In this document: positions 20,349 through 29,600 of the stretch, piece after piece
How positions within the stretch are numbered: position 1 is the first letter of the stretch
How the letters are laid out: every line of letters begins with the position of its first letter
Made by a program: the position numbers and the translations under genes
Assembly: GCA_963643215.1 (NCBI GenBank)
Contig: CAVIJY010000002.1
Span: 1,073-65,072, forward strand
Source: Lachnospiraceae bacterium
Lineage (GTDB): Bacteria > Bacillota > Clostridia > Lachnospirales > Lachnospiraceae
DNA length: 64,000 bases
Direction: 5' to 3'
The notes under the pieces: model-generated
Database searches by the model: none
The model's input: the letters and a program-made list of their open reading frames with translations, nothing else
Told to the model about the DNA's origin: nothing

Positions 20349-20858
20349 TCAGCCCTCCATGCTCTCCAGTGTCAGATATATCCTCTCACGAACCGAATCA
20401 AAGGCCTCGTCAAGCGAGTATGCAAGCTCCGTAAAGAGAAGCCTCTCAGCTGTATTCAGATATCTCTGCGTCATGCTGGTCACTGCCTTGCCTGATCTGA
20501 TCCGTGATGCTCTGGCCTTATACAGCGCCTTTATCAGCGCCATCATCTCTCTGGCATCATTTTTGTTGATCACAGCCGATATATATGGCTCTCCCCGCTT
20601 CCCCTCGGGCAGCTGCGGGCTTTCAAGAGCTTCTATATGCTCCATCAGGCCTCTTGCCTCGGCGCCGCTCAAGACCCTGTGGAACTTGTCCTCGGAGCCT
20701 TCAACCGCCACATAGAGCATACCGTTTTTATTCTCCGATGATACCAGCATATAGTACAGCTTCTCACTTCCCTTGGCGGCAAATGGCGGCACCAGTATGT
20801 CCCTGATTTCGCAAAGTCCCCGGCTCCCGTAAACAACAACATCGCCTATACTCAGCAT
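20349..20858 (-). CDS. CarD/CdnL-family transcriptional regulator
   Basis: The N-terminus MLSIGDVVVYGSRGLCEIRDI is typical of the CarD_CdnL_TRCF domain. Confidence 0.75.
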   Translation of the reverse strand: MLSIGDVVVYGSRGLCEIRDILVPPFAAKGSEKLYYMLVSSENKNGMLYVAVEGSEDKFHRVLSGAEARGLMEHIEALESPQLPEGKRGEPYISAVINKNDAREMMALIKALYKARASRIRSGKAVTSMTQRYLNTAERLLFTELAYSLDEAFDSVRERIYLTLESMEG

Positions 20859-21027
20859 CTCTCCTCCTTTGCCATGCTTTGCGTTCTTTTCCCGTCATCA
20901 TGATTGTACTTATATATATACTTTATCACATTTCCGGCAAAAACGCCTGCATCAATAACAACAAGGATTCAGACACCATTTATGGGTGATTTTGCACAAT
21001 CAGCTCCGCCTCTTTGTCAGGCAGCAC

Positions 21028-23427
21028 TTATTTCACGACAAAATTGATGATCTTGCCCGGCACATATATCTCCTTCACCAGGGTTTTGCCCTCGATAAAG
21101 GAAGCTACATTCCTGTTTGCCTTTGCTGCATCAAGAGCCTGATCCTTAGTGGCATCCGCTGCTACTGTCACCGTACCGCGCAGCTTTCCGTTGACCTGAA
21201 CGCCTACCTCTATGGTCTCGTCCACTGTCTTTGCCTCGTCATGCTCGGGCCACTGCGATACAGTTAAAAAGTCCGTATATCCGAGCTCGTGATATATCTC
21301 CTCCGTGATATGCGGCGCAAAGGGAGACAGCAGCTTGATAAATGTAACCAGCTGATCCCTGCCTATCTTTCCGACCTTGTAGATGTCATTGACCAGTCCC
21401 ATCATGGCAGCTATAGCCGTGTTGAACTTCATGTCGTCTATGTCAGACGATACTTTCTTTATGGTCTTGTGAAGCCCGGACTCCAGCTCATGAACAGGCT
21501 CCGGTGTGACGATATCCGTCATTGCGGCAACTCTGTCGAGGAATCTCTTGCAGCCCTTCACAGAAGCGTCATTCCACGGCGCCGCACTTCCGTAGTCTCC
21601 CATGAAAAGCACATAAACCCTGAGTGTGTCCGCGCCGTAGGCATCCACGATGTCCAGCGGGTCAACCACATTGCCCTTGGACTTGCTCATCTTCTCGCCG
21701 TCGGCGCCCAGTATCATTCCCTGTGCGCTTCTCTTCTTATAGGGCTCCGGACACGGCACCTCATTGATATCGTAAAGGAACTGATGCCAGAATCTCGAAT
21801 ACAGCAGATGCCTGGTCACATGCTCCATGCCTCCGTTGTACCAGTCTACCGGCATCCAGTATTTAAGCTTTTCCGGATCTGCAAATGCCTTGTCATTGTG
21901 CGGATCGCAGTATCTCAGGAAGTACCAGGATGAACCCGCCCACTGAGGCATGGTATCCGTCTCACGCTTTGCCGGTCCGCCGCACTTGGGACATGTGCAG
22001 TTTACAAAGCTGTCGATCTTCGCCAGAGGAGACTTTCCGTCCGTTCCCGGTTCAAAGTCCTGCACCTGAGGCAGTCTGAGCGGCAGCTGATCATACGGCA
22101 CGCCTACCACACCGCATTTCTCACAATGTATCAGCGGGATCGGCTCGCCCCAGTATCTCTGCCTGTTGAACGCCCAGTCCTTCATCTTGAACTGAACCCC
22201 GGCATGGCCTATACCCTGCTCCTGAAGATGCTCTATCATCCTGGCGATGGAGTCCTTCTTATTTGTCAGACCGTTGAGGAATCCGGAGTTGATCATCTCC
22301 CCGTCTCCTGTATAGGCCTCCTTTTCGATATCTCCGCCTCTGATGACCTCTACAATATCAATGCCGAACGCATGGGCGAAGTCCCAGTCTCTCTGATCAT
22401 GAGCAGGCACGGCCATGATCGCTCCGGTTCCGTATCCCATCATGACATAATCCGCCACGAATATCGGAACCTCTCTGCCTGTGATGGGATTGACCGCTGT
22501 GAGTCCCTCAAGCTTCAGGCCTGTCTTGTCCTTCACCAGCTGTGTGCGCTCAAACTCCGTCTTCTTTGCGCATTCCTCGCGATATGCAGTGACAGCTTCC
22601 ATGTTGGATATTCTGGAGGCATATCTGTCAATGATCGGATGCTCCGGAGCCATAACCATGAATGTCACTCCGAACAGCGTATCCGGGCGCGTCGTATATA
22701 TCTCTATCCTGTCGTCCTCGCCTGCGATCGGGAAGTTTACAAATGCTCCTGTGGACTTGCCGATCCAGTTGACCTCCTGCTGCTTTATAGCCTCGGGATA
22801 GTCCACATCATCCAGCCCTTTAAGAAGACGGTCCGCATACTTCGTTATCTTCAGATACCACACATCCTTGGGCAGCTGCACCACATCGCTGTGGCAGATA
22901 TCGCATTTTCCTCCCTGCGAGTCCTCATTGGAGAGCACCACCTTGCAGTGCGGACAGTAATTGACAAGAGCCTTGTTTCTGAATACAAGGCCGTGATCAA
23001 AGAGTTTGAGGAAGATCCACTGCGTCCATTTATAGTAGTCCTCATCCGTCGTATCTATGACGCGGGTCCAGTCAAATGAAAAGCCGACGCTTTTGAGCTG
23101 GTTTGAGAATCTCTTGATATTTGTATCCGTTATGATACGCGGATGTGTATTGGTCTTTACTGCATAGTTCTCGGTCGGAAGACCGAATGCGTCAAATCCG
23201 ATAGGCAATAGGACATTGTATCCCTGCATACGACGCTTTCTTCCGATAACCTCTATGCTGGAATACGCTTTGATATGACCGACATGCATTCCCGCCCCGC
23301 TCGGGTACGGAAACTCCACCAGTCCGTAGAATTTCGGCTTCTCGGAGAAATCCTCCGCGTGGAACAGACCTGCGTCCTCCCACTCCTTCTGCCATTTCGG
23401 CTCGATCTTCTTGAAATTGTAGTTCAT
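21028..23427 (-). CDS. leuS: Leucine--tRNA ligase
   Basis: 799 aa with HIGH-type motif (HVGH) and KMSKS, and overall LeuS architecture. Confidence 0.97.
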   Translation of the reverse strand: MNYNFKKIEPKWQKEWEDAGLFHAEDFSEKPKFYGLVEFPYPSGAGMHVGHIKAYSSIEVIGRKRRMQGYNVLLPIGFDAFGLPTENYAVKTNTHPRIITDTNIKRFSNQLKSVGFSFDWTRVIDTTDEDYYKWTQWIFLKLFDHGLVFRNKALVNYCPHCKVVLSNEDSQGGKCDICHSDVVQLPKDVWYLKITKYADRLLKGLDDVDYPEAIKQQEVNWIGKSTGAFVNFPIAGEDDRIEIYTTRPDTLFGVTFMVMAPEHPIIDRYASRISNMEAVTAYREECAKKTEFERTQLVKDKTGLKLEGLTAVNPITGREVPIFVADYVMMGYGTGAIMAVPAHDQRDWDFAHAFGIDIVEVIRGGDIEKEAYTGDGEMINSGFLNGLTNKKDSIARMIEHLQEQGIGHAGVQFKMKDWAFNRQRYWGEPIPLIHCEKCGVVGVPYDQLPLRLPQVQDFEPGTDGKSPLAKIDSFVNCTCPKCGGPAKRETDTMPQWAGSSWYFLRYCDPHNDKAFADPEKLKYWMPVDWYNGGMEHVTRHLLYSRFWHQFLYDINEVPCPEPYKKRSAQGMILGADGEKMSKSKGNVVDPLDIVDAYGADTLRVYVLFMGDYGSAAPWNDASVKGCKRFLDRVAAMTDIVTPEPVHELESGLHKTIKKVSSDIDDMKFNTAIAAMMGLVNDIYKVGKIGRDQLVTFIKLLSPFAPHITEEIYHELGYTDFLTVSQWPEHDEAKTVDETIEVGVQVNGKLRGTVTVAADATKDQALDAAKANRNVASFIEGKTLVKEIYVPGKIINFVVK

Positions 23428-23633
23428 CTTGTCCTATCTCCTTTTTAACGCATTAAAAGCGCGACACCTCGTCACCTTGCGAAATGTCCGCACCTGTTAA
23501 TCACTATAAAAGTGACTACAATCCCTGTCAAGGCGAAAGTCAACTGATGCTGCAATGTGGCGCTGAAGCCATGGCTGTGAGGATACACGGCCGAGTCTGA
23601 TCTCCGGACAGCTGCGGTTCGTGCTCTCAATTA

Positions 23634-23702
23634 TGGTTCGGGGTGCACCCGAACTTCCGGTTACACGGATTGTTTCGTGCTTCGCACTCCCACACTGTAA
23701 CC
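23634..23702 (-). repeat. Structured intergenic repeat, family 1, copy B
   Basis: Same core as copies A and C. The outer stem is changed in a compensatory way (GGTTACA...TGTAACC instead of CGGATTGT...ACAATCCG). Confidence 0.85.
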
Positions 23703-23802
23703 AATTATCTTGTCATTCTCAACATGCAACTCTTGCTTGCTTTCGGCATCTGTCATGGTATAAGTAAGAACGACAACGGCTTCATACATTTGTTGCAAAG
23801 GT

Positions 23803-24675
23803 ATGGTGAATGAGATGAGCTTTACACAAAGGGATCTGACAAGACTGACCGGCATGGTCGCCGCCGGAGTCATCAGTGCATTGAACATGGTTCTGTTCGT
23901 TCAGGCCGGAGAGCTGTTTCCGGGCGGGATGGCAGGACTCACTCTGCTGCTTCAGCGGAGCGCGCTGAAGTATCTCGGTCTCGCACTACCATACTCCACT
24001 GTCAATATAGCGCTGAACGCATTTCCCGTATATATTGGCTTCAGATATGTCGGGAAAAAATTCACTCTGTTCTCGCTGTTTATGATAGTTTTAAGCAGCT
24101 TTCTGGTTGACTTCTTTGGAATATTTCAGCCATTCACAGATGACATACTTCTGATCAGCGTCTTCGGAGGCATCATCAACGGCCTTGCCAACAGCATCGC
24201 CCTGCGTCAAAACGCCAGCTTCGGCGGAACAGACTTTCTGGCCATGTACATGAATGCCAGACATGGCATGGATTCCTGGAATATGATACTCGGAATCAAT
24301 ACTGTGATACTTTGTGTTGCCGGGATACTTTTCGGATGGGACAAGGCACTATACTCCATCATATATCAGTTTGCATCTACTCAGACAGTCAAGATGCTGT
24401 ACAAGAAGTACCAGCAGATTACTCTTCTGATAGTAACCAACAGCCCGGATGAGATATGCCGTGAAATCCGGCGAACAACCGGACACGGCTCAACCATACT
24501 GCGCGCAGAGGGAGCCTATAAGCACGAAGAACGCGATATCGTCTACTCTGTGGTCAGCGCCCCCGACAAAAGGCAGGTTTTAAGCCTTGTCCACAGAATA
24601 GATCCCACCGCATTCATCAATACCATGCGCACCGAGCAGGTTCAGGGCAAATTTGTGATCGAAAAGCAGGAATAA
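23803..24675 (+). CDS. YitT-family membrane protein (DUF2179 C-terminus)
   Basis: Five or six TM helices plus a C-terminal DUF2179-like domain. It is one of only two plus-strand genes. Confidence 0.8.
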   Translation: MVNEMSFTQRDLTRLTGMVAAGVISALNMVLFVQAGELFPGGMAGLTLLLQRSALKYLGLALPYSTVNIALNAFPVYIGFRYVGKKFTLFSLFMIVLSSFLVDFFGIFQPFTDDILLISVFGGIINGLANSIALRQNASFGGTDFLAMYMNARHGMDSWNMILGINTVILCVAGILFGWDKALYSIIYQFASTQTVKMLYKKYQQITLLIVTNSPDEICREIRRTTGHGSTILRAEGAYKHEERDIVYSVVSAPDKRQVLSLVHRIDPTAFINTMRTEQVQGKFVIEKQE

Positions 24676-24689
24676 ATCTGCAAGCAGAT

Positions 24690-25286
24690 CTACTTCCGTT
24701 CATCCTTTTCTTTTTCGATCGACTTCATCTCTTCCTGCTCTATCTGCTTTGCCAGCCGCAGCGTCTGAATGATGTTCGAGGCCAGCACTGCCAGCAGCGG
24801 CAGCAATATGATCGGGAAAAATATCAGAGGATTGGAAGCCAGCCTCACAAGCTTTCCCAGCAGCAGAGACGACCATACCACCTTTCCGATGATTTCACTC
24901 TCGAATACCGGCTCATCGTCGATGCTGTGATTTGCATCACCCTTTGTCCGGAATATAAGTTCTTCGCCTGACTGCTCGATACCCACTATCCTGTGAGTAT
25001 TGACCATGCCCATGATCTGCTCATCCTTGGAATAAAAGGATATCACATCGCCCGTCCTCAGCGCACCCGGATCCTCCTCCCTGACAACTATAAACGAGTC
25101 AACCGGAAGCTCCGGCTCCATGCTGCCCGACATGACACGAAATGCCGAATATCCGAATACCTTCGGTGTATCGCCGCTCTTTGTGTTGATGGCTACAAAC
25201 AGAACATATATCGCCGCAAGAATAATTGCAATTGATATGAAATTGATGATTCCTGTTATCACTTTCCTTATCATGCTGCTTCCCAT
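24690..25286 (-). CDS. sipW: Signal peptidase I, SipW/archaeal type (copy 2)
   Basis: N-terminal TM, catalytic box VMSGSMEP, a second conserved box HRIVG, and a C-terminal TM. It is the last gene of the riboswitch R1 unit. Confidence 0.85.
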   Translation of the reverse strand: MGSSMIRKVITGIINFISIAIILAAIYVLFVAINTKSGDTPKVFGYSAFRVMSGSMEPELPVDSFIVVREEDPGALRTGDVISFYSKDEQIMGMVNTHRIVGIEQSGEELIFRTKGDANHSIDDEPVFESEIIGKVVWSSLLLGKLVRLASNPLIFFPIILLPLLAVLASNIIQTLRLAKQIEQEEMKSIEKEKDERK

Positions 25287-25352
25287 ATCACGCTCGAAGA
25301 GCTCTCCGGGGGTTCAGATCTTTGCCGCTTATACCGCGGCATACGATTCTTG

Positions 25353-27713
25353 TCATTTTCTTCGTCCGAGCACACGGCCTATGTATCCGGACAGACTTGT
25401 ATCGTTCATCTCCCTGCTCAGCTCTCTGCCAAGCTCCCGGCGATTCTCCTCTGATTCGTCAAGCTCTCTTGTCTTTTTCTCAAGCTTTGAAGTAAGCTCC
25501 TCTATGCTCGCCTCCAGCTGTGACAGTTTCAGATCATTGCATGCCCTATCCTCCGCCCGAGCCGCATTTGCTTCGTCAAGCTCTCTTTGGAGCTCTCTTA
25601 AAGGCCTTTGAGCATCGATAGTCTCCTTCAGGCTTGCATTCTCCTGTTCCTGAGCCGATATCCTCTCAAGCAGCTCCTGCTGCGCCGCCTTGAGTCCGTC
25701 AGCCGTATCTCTGAGCTTCTGAAGATTCTCCAGAGCTTTTGAAAGCTCCTCCTGCACGCTGTCGCGAGCCTTCGTCATACGATCAAGCTCTTTTGATGTA
25801 GCTATGCGAAGCTTGTCCGCCACCTTCGCTTTTTCGCTCTCGGAGGCCGCCAGATCCTTATATCTTGCTATGTCCGCGTCGCTCGCCTGTCTGATGCCTG
25901 TAATCTTTGCATTGAACTCGGATACACTCGCCGCATACTTCTCGTTGAGCTTCGCTACACTGTCCTCATGCTCCTCTTTGAGCTTCGCTACACCGGACGC
26001 ATGCTCCGCATTGAGCTTCGCTAAACTTGCCTCATGCTCCGCATTCAGCCTTGCCGTGCCGGCTGTATGCTCCTTCTCGAGCCTTGTAATGTCGGCATCC
26101 TTTTCTTCTCTCAGCTGAGTCATGCTCTCTTCATGCTCCGCGTTGAGCACAGCTATGCTCTCGTCCCGCTCCTTGACAAGTCTGGCCATATCAGCCTCAT
26201 GCTTCGCATTCTGCCTTGCTATCTTTTCATTCTTTTCCTTCACGGCAGCGGCCACCTCAGCCTGTGAAGCTGCGGTTATATCGGCCACGGTTCTGTCCCG
26301 CTCTTCCTCGGCCTTCCTTATACCCTCTGTCTTCTCGGCTTCGGCCTTCTCGATGGCTGCCTGCTTCTCCTCCTCGGCCTTCTTTATACCCTCGGTCTTC
26401 TCAGCCTCGGCCTTCTCGATAGCCGCCTGCTTCTCCTCCTCAGCCTTCCTTATGCCCTCAGTTTTCTCAGCCTCAGCCTTCTCGATAGCCGCCTGCTTCT
26501 CCAGCTGAGCGCTTACGGCAGCGGCCTCCGCGTCAAGTGCCCGATTCTCCGCCTGTGCAGCACGCGCGTCCGCATCAGCTTTTGCATTCTCAGCCTCGAT
26601 GCGAGCCTGCTTTTCCTCCTCGTACTTGGCCTCGGCCTCCAGCTGAGCCTGAGTCACCTCCTCGATGAATACCCGGCGGATCTCCACATCCGGCAGATCC
26701 GGATCATCCACCTTCATCTCCTCTATCTTCTTGATGAACTTCGGGATTCTCTGACGGTGATGCTTCCAAAGCTCCTTCGTCAGCTCTCGATGATCAGGCT
26801 CGAGTATCGACTTGAACACCGCATAGTTCATGATAAAGTTCGAATACAGCTGGAACAGATACTCCTCATCGAACTGCAGCGTCGACTCCTCCACATTTAT
26901 GGAATAGCCGACCTCCTCATATGTCTCCAGAAACTGCCACAGCTTATAGCATATCCTGTAGTCGCGATCCTTCATCAGAAGGTTCGTCCTCTGTATAGGA
27001 CTGCGCACCTGCTGACATCCGTGCATCAGCTCGCAGAATGCGCTGTTTTTCAGAGCCATGGTCATACGCCTCACGCGATCGATACGCATGAAGACATTCA
27101 TATTGTCGCTGTCATTTTCGGCGAAGCTCTGCAGATTTTTTATAGTCATCTCGATCTTATAATCTATCTGCTCGTATGCATCGTCCACATGACTTGAAAA
27201 TGTCAGCTTGTTCCTTTTTTCATCTCCCGTAGACCAGAATATAACATCCGTTCTCTTATCGATGAATCTTACAAGGCGCTGGATGAGGTGGTATATGAAT
27301 CGGTTCTCATAAAGATCATATGTCTCCTCCACAGTTACATTCAGTATCTTTATGGGATTGACCTCACCGTCTTCCGCGCTTGCTATCAGCTGCGTGTTCT
27401 GACTCAGATGACGCACGCTCTCCGAGGAAATTCGCTTGGCAAGGGATACCGGCACGACCTCCTCGTTGGTTTTCAGCATACGGCGCGGATTCTCTATGAT
27501 CTTGTTTATGGAATCCAGCGCCTCCTCGATAGTGGACAGCCACCTCTCGTCCACCACCTTGCGCAGGATCTGATTCGTTTGATTGATCTCATTCTCACCT
27601 GCGCGGATCATGGTGAAAAGATATCTGAAGTACTTGTCGCCCTCCAGCGCTCCGCCTATGTTCTCAGCGTATTTCAGATACAGATCATTAAGTGTTGCGT
27701 TGTTTTCTTCCAT
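25353..27713 (-). CDS. McrC-N-terminal/DUF2357-like protein fused to a ~440-aa coiled coil; no nuclease motif recognised
   Basis: YDLYENRFIYHLIQRL is the McrC/DUF2357 hallmark (my recollection of the family). The C-terminal half is E/K/A-rich heptad sequence with internal repeats. The start was set at MEENNATL, 8 nt after GGGAG. Confidence 0.6.
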   Translation of the reverse strand: MEENNATLNDLYLKYAENIGGALEGDKYFRYLFTMIRAGENEINQTNQILRKVVDERWLSTIEEALDSINKIIENPRRMLKTNEEVVPVSLAKRISSESVRHLSQNTQLIASAEDGEVNPIKILNVTVEETYDLYENRFIYHLIQRLVRFIDKRTDVIFWSTGDEKRNKLTFSSHVDDAYEQIDYKIEMTIKNLQSFAENDSDNMNVFMRIDRVRRMTMALKNSAFCELMHGCQQVRSPIQRTNLLMKDRDYRICYKLWQFLETYEEVGYSINVEESTLQFDEEYLFQLYSNFIMNYAVFKSILEPDHRELTKELWKHHRQRIPKFIKKIEEMKVDDPDLPDVEIRRVFIEEVTQAQLEAEAKYEEEKQARIEAENAKADADARAAQAENRALDAEAAAVSAQLEKQAAIEKAEAEKTEGIRKAEEEKQAAIEKAEAEKTEGIKKAEEEKQAAIEKAEAEKTEGIRKAEEERDRTVADITAASQAEVAAAVKEKNEKIARQNAKHEADMARLVKERDESIAVLNAEHEESMTQLREEKDADITRLEKEHTAGTARLNAEHEASLAKLNAEHASGVAKLKEEHEDSVAKLNEKYAASVSEFNAKITGIRQASDADIARYKDLAASESEKAKVADKLRIATSKELDRMTKARDSVQEELSKALENLQKLRDTADGLKAAQQELLERISAQEQENASLKETIDAQRPLRELQRELDEANAARAEDRACNDLKLSQLEASIEELTSKLEKKTRELDESEENRRELGRELSREMNDTSLSGYIGRVLGRRK
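26306..26503 (-). repeat. In-frame tandem repeat, 3 x 66 nt (22 aa: QAAIEKAEAEKTEGI[RK]KAEEEK)
   Basis: Units start at 26306, 26372 and 26438 and are nearly identical at the DNA level. Confidence 0.9.
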
Positions 27714-27793
27714 CAGATATCTCCCGGCTGCAGACAATCAATCTCCCGCGGGCTCTTCAAAAGCCGGCGGGAGGCATATCCGATCCGCAGCAG

Positions 27794-27856
27794 CGCCTCA
27801 CGCGATCTCTGCGCATGAAGGCATTCATATTGTCATTGTCGGCGAAGCTTTGCATC
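27794..27856 (-). repeat. Intergenic relic copy of an internal segment (27067-27134) of the downstream gene
   Basis: CGCCTCACGCGATC..GCATGAAG.CATTCATATTGTC...GGCGAAGCT.TGCA is shared by both sites, at roughly 85% identity by eye. Confidence 0.7.
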
Positions 27857-27866
27857 ACGCTGTATT

Positions 27867-29600
27867 TCAATACAGATTCTGGATTCTTGTCAGATAATCC
27901 TGACTGTCCCTCATCTCGTTCTTGCCGAACACCTTCTCCATGTATACCATCAGATTCTTGATCTCATCACGGATGAACATCACATTCTGACTCTCGAACT
28001 TCTTGAGAATCTTTCTTGCAAATATGTAATCAAGACCGCCCAGCTCTGTTCCGCCGCATGCTACATACACGGGGATAAAATCATACATCTGCTTTGTGAT
28101 ACGGTTTCCGAATGCAAGCCTGAAGCGGCTCTGCAGATAGTTGTCAAGCTTTACCATCTTGGCAAGTGTGGCATCGCTTATCGGATGCTCATCCTTGGCC
28201 TTCGCGAAAAGCTCACGAAGATGCGCCGATGTCATCAGAAGCCTCGGCTCCATAGGACATTCAAACGGAGCAGCCTTTTCATTCAGCTCTATGGGCATCG
28301 CACGGTCATAAACCTTGTCGGTGATGGTAAATGTGGAATCGTCGTTGTTCGCCGTTCCGATATACCATGTGTTGTCGCTAACCTTAATCTTGCCGTTCTG
28401 AAGAAGCTCCGGATCCCCCGGCCACGGAGTGGGAACCAGCTCCACGAGCCATTCCTTCTTGTCAGGCATCTCCAGTACAGAAAGCATATCCGCAAAATAG
28501 TACTCTATACGCGCGAGGTTCATCTCATCCAGCACTATCATGGTGACATCCTCTCTGAAGCCCGCCTCATATACGGCCCTCAGAAATTCTGTCTCGTTGA
28601 AGCGCTTTGAGAATTCATTGAAATATCCCAGCAGATCCGTTCTCTCCCTGAATGACGGCTGCACAGATATCATCGTGGCCGGATTGTCAAGATACCGGCT
28701 GAATGAATACGGCAGTGATGTCTTACCTGTACCGGAGATACCCTCCAGAATCAGTATCTGACTCGAGGCCATACCCGCTACAAATCTTCGGACTATCTCA
28801 GGCGTATAGTACAGATGAAGCTGACTTGCGGCAAACCTTCTGTATCCCTCGACGATCTCCTCAAGCGTGACATTCTCATTGTATGCCGGCCACTCGTAGT
28901 CCCTGTACTTCTGATCCACCGCCTCCAGCTTCGGAAAGCGTGATGTGTTCGCACGTTCCTGCTCCTCTGCCGAGCTTTTGGCCTGAGCCACTGCCGTAGC
29001 AGCGGCGGCAGCAGCATTTGCTATGGTATCCGAGCTTATCTCTGCTCCCTCGATATTGCCGCCTATTCCCATGACAGTCCCGGCTGCAGCTCCGCCCTCG
29101 CCGGATACGGCTGTATCCGAGAGAGGATCCACAAGCCCGCCGACCAGTGCGCCTGCAGAACCGGCCGCACCGGGTACGCCGTCCCCATTCAGTCCGGCAG
29201 CTCCGTATCTGGCAAGCTCCTGTGTGGGAACCTTCATGGCGAGTATCTGCTCCTTCTCATCCATCAGCTCGAGCACCTGACGGTTGAGCCTTCCTATCTC
29301 CTTGTACAGCACCATGCTGTCCTGCCCGTCCATCCTCAGAGACGCCACCAGATAGATATGCCGTATGATAAGAATGATGATCAGGATCGGTATGGCTATC
29401 AATATGATCGCAAGGATGATAGACAGAAATCTTGCAACTATATTCATTGATACAAAATACGATCTGAATATGAGAGCGTATTCTCCCCAGCCCGTGATAA
29501 ATACCTTCACAAAGCCATTGATAAAATTCACAACCCATGAAGCTATGTTGTAGATGATTCTTGCTATCAGCTCATATGCGAGCTTGAGAAATTCACTCAT
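27867..29600 (-). CDS. Membrane-anchored McrB-like AAA+ (AAA_5) NTPase
   Basis: N-terminal TM helices (ILAIILIAIPILIIILII), a coiled coil and a G/A-rich linker. Then Walker A GISGTGKTS, Walker B MIVLDEMNLARIEYYF and GTANNDDS (compare McrB GTMNTADRS). The ATG overlaps the sipW stop. Confidence 0.7.
   Translation of the reverse strand: MSEFLKLAYELIARIIYNIASWVVNFINGFVKVFITGWGEYALIFRSYFVSMNIVARFLSIILAIILIAIPILIIILIIRHIYLVASLRMDGQDSMVLYKEIGRLNRQVLELMDEKEQILAMKVPTQELARYGAAGLNGDGVPGAAGSAGALVGGLVDPLSDTAVSGEGGAAAGTVMGIGGNIEGAEISSDTIANAAAAAATAVAQAKSSAEEQERANTSRFPKLEAVDQKYRDYEWPAYNENVTLEEIVEGYRRFAASQLHLYYTPEIVRRFVAGMASSQILILEGISGTGKTSLPYSFSRYLDNPATMISVQPSFRERTDLLGYFNEFSKRFNETEFLRAVYEAGFREDVTMIVLDEMNLARIEYYFADMLSVLEMPDKKEWLVELVPTPWPGDPELLQNGKIKVSDNTWYIGTANNDDSTFTITDKVYDRAMPIELNEKAAPFECPMEPRLLMTSAHLRELFAKAKDEHPISDATLAKMVKLDNYLQSRFRLAFGNRITKQMYDFIPVYVACGGTELGGLDYIFARKILKKFESQNVMFIRDEIKNLMVYMEKVFGKNEMRDSQDYLTRIQNLY

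Noticed and set aside
22126-23079. Long plus-strand ORFs antisense to real genes. Examples are 22126-23079 in leuS, 9618-10406 in pstC, 51889-52773 (Cys-rich, in the 385-aa gene), 12669-13148, 34467-35075, 13942-14676 and 42067-42765.
   Set aside because: Each lies entirely inside a minus-strand gene with clear homology or motifs. Their translations are low-complexity or unlike real proteins, and they have no RBS context. They are typical shadow ORFs.
23428-23633. Possible T-box leader in front of leuS. There is a ~200-nt structured leader with a CUC-A that could be a Leu specifier, and a weak hairpin followed by TTTTAA.
   Set aside because: I could not find a convincing T-box consensus (AGGGUGGUACCGCG-like) or a clean terminator/antiterminator pair by eye. 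An Rfam RF00230 scan is needed, so it is left uncalled.
27867-29600. Calling the McrB-like/McrC-like pair a type IV restriction (McrBC) defence system.
   Set aside because: I could not find a PD-(D/E)xK or other nuclease motif in the partner. The NTPase is predicted to be membrane anchored and overlaps sipW inside a riboswitch-controlled operon. It is kept as an open alternative in the findings.
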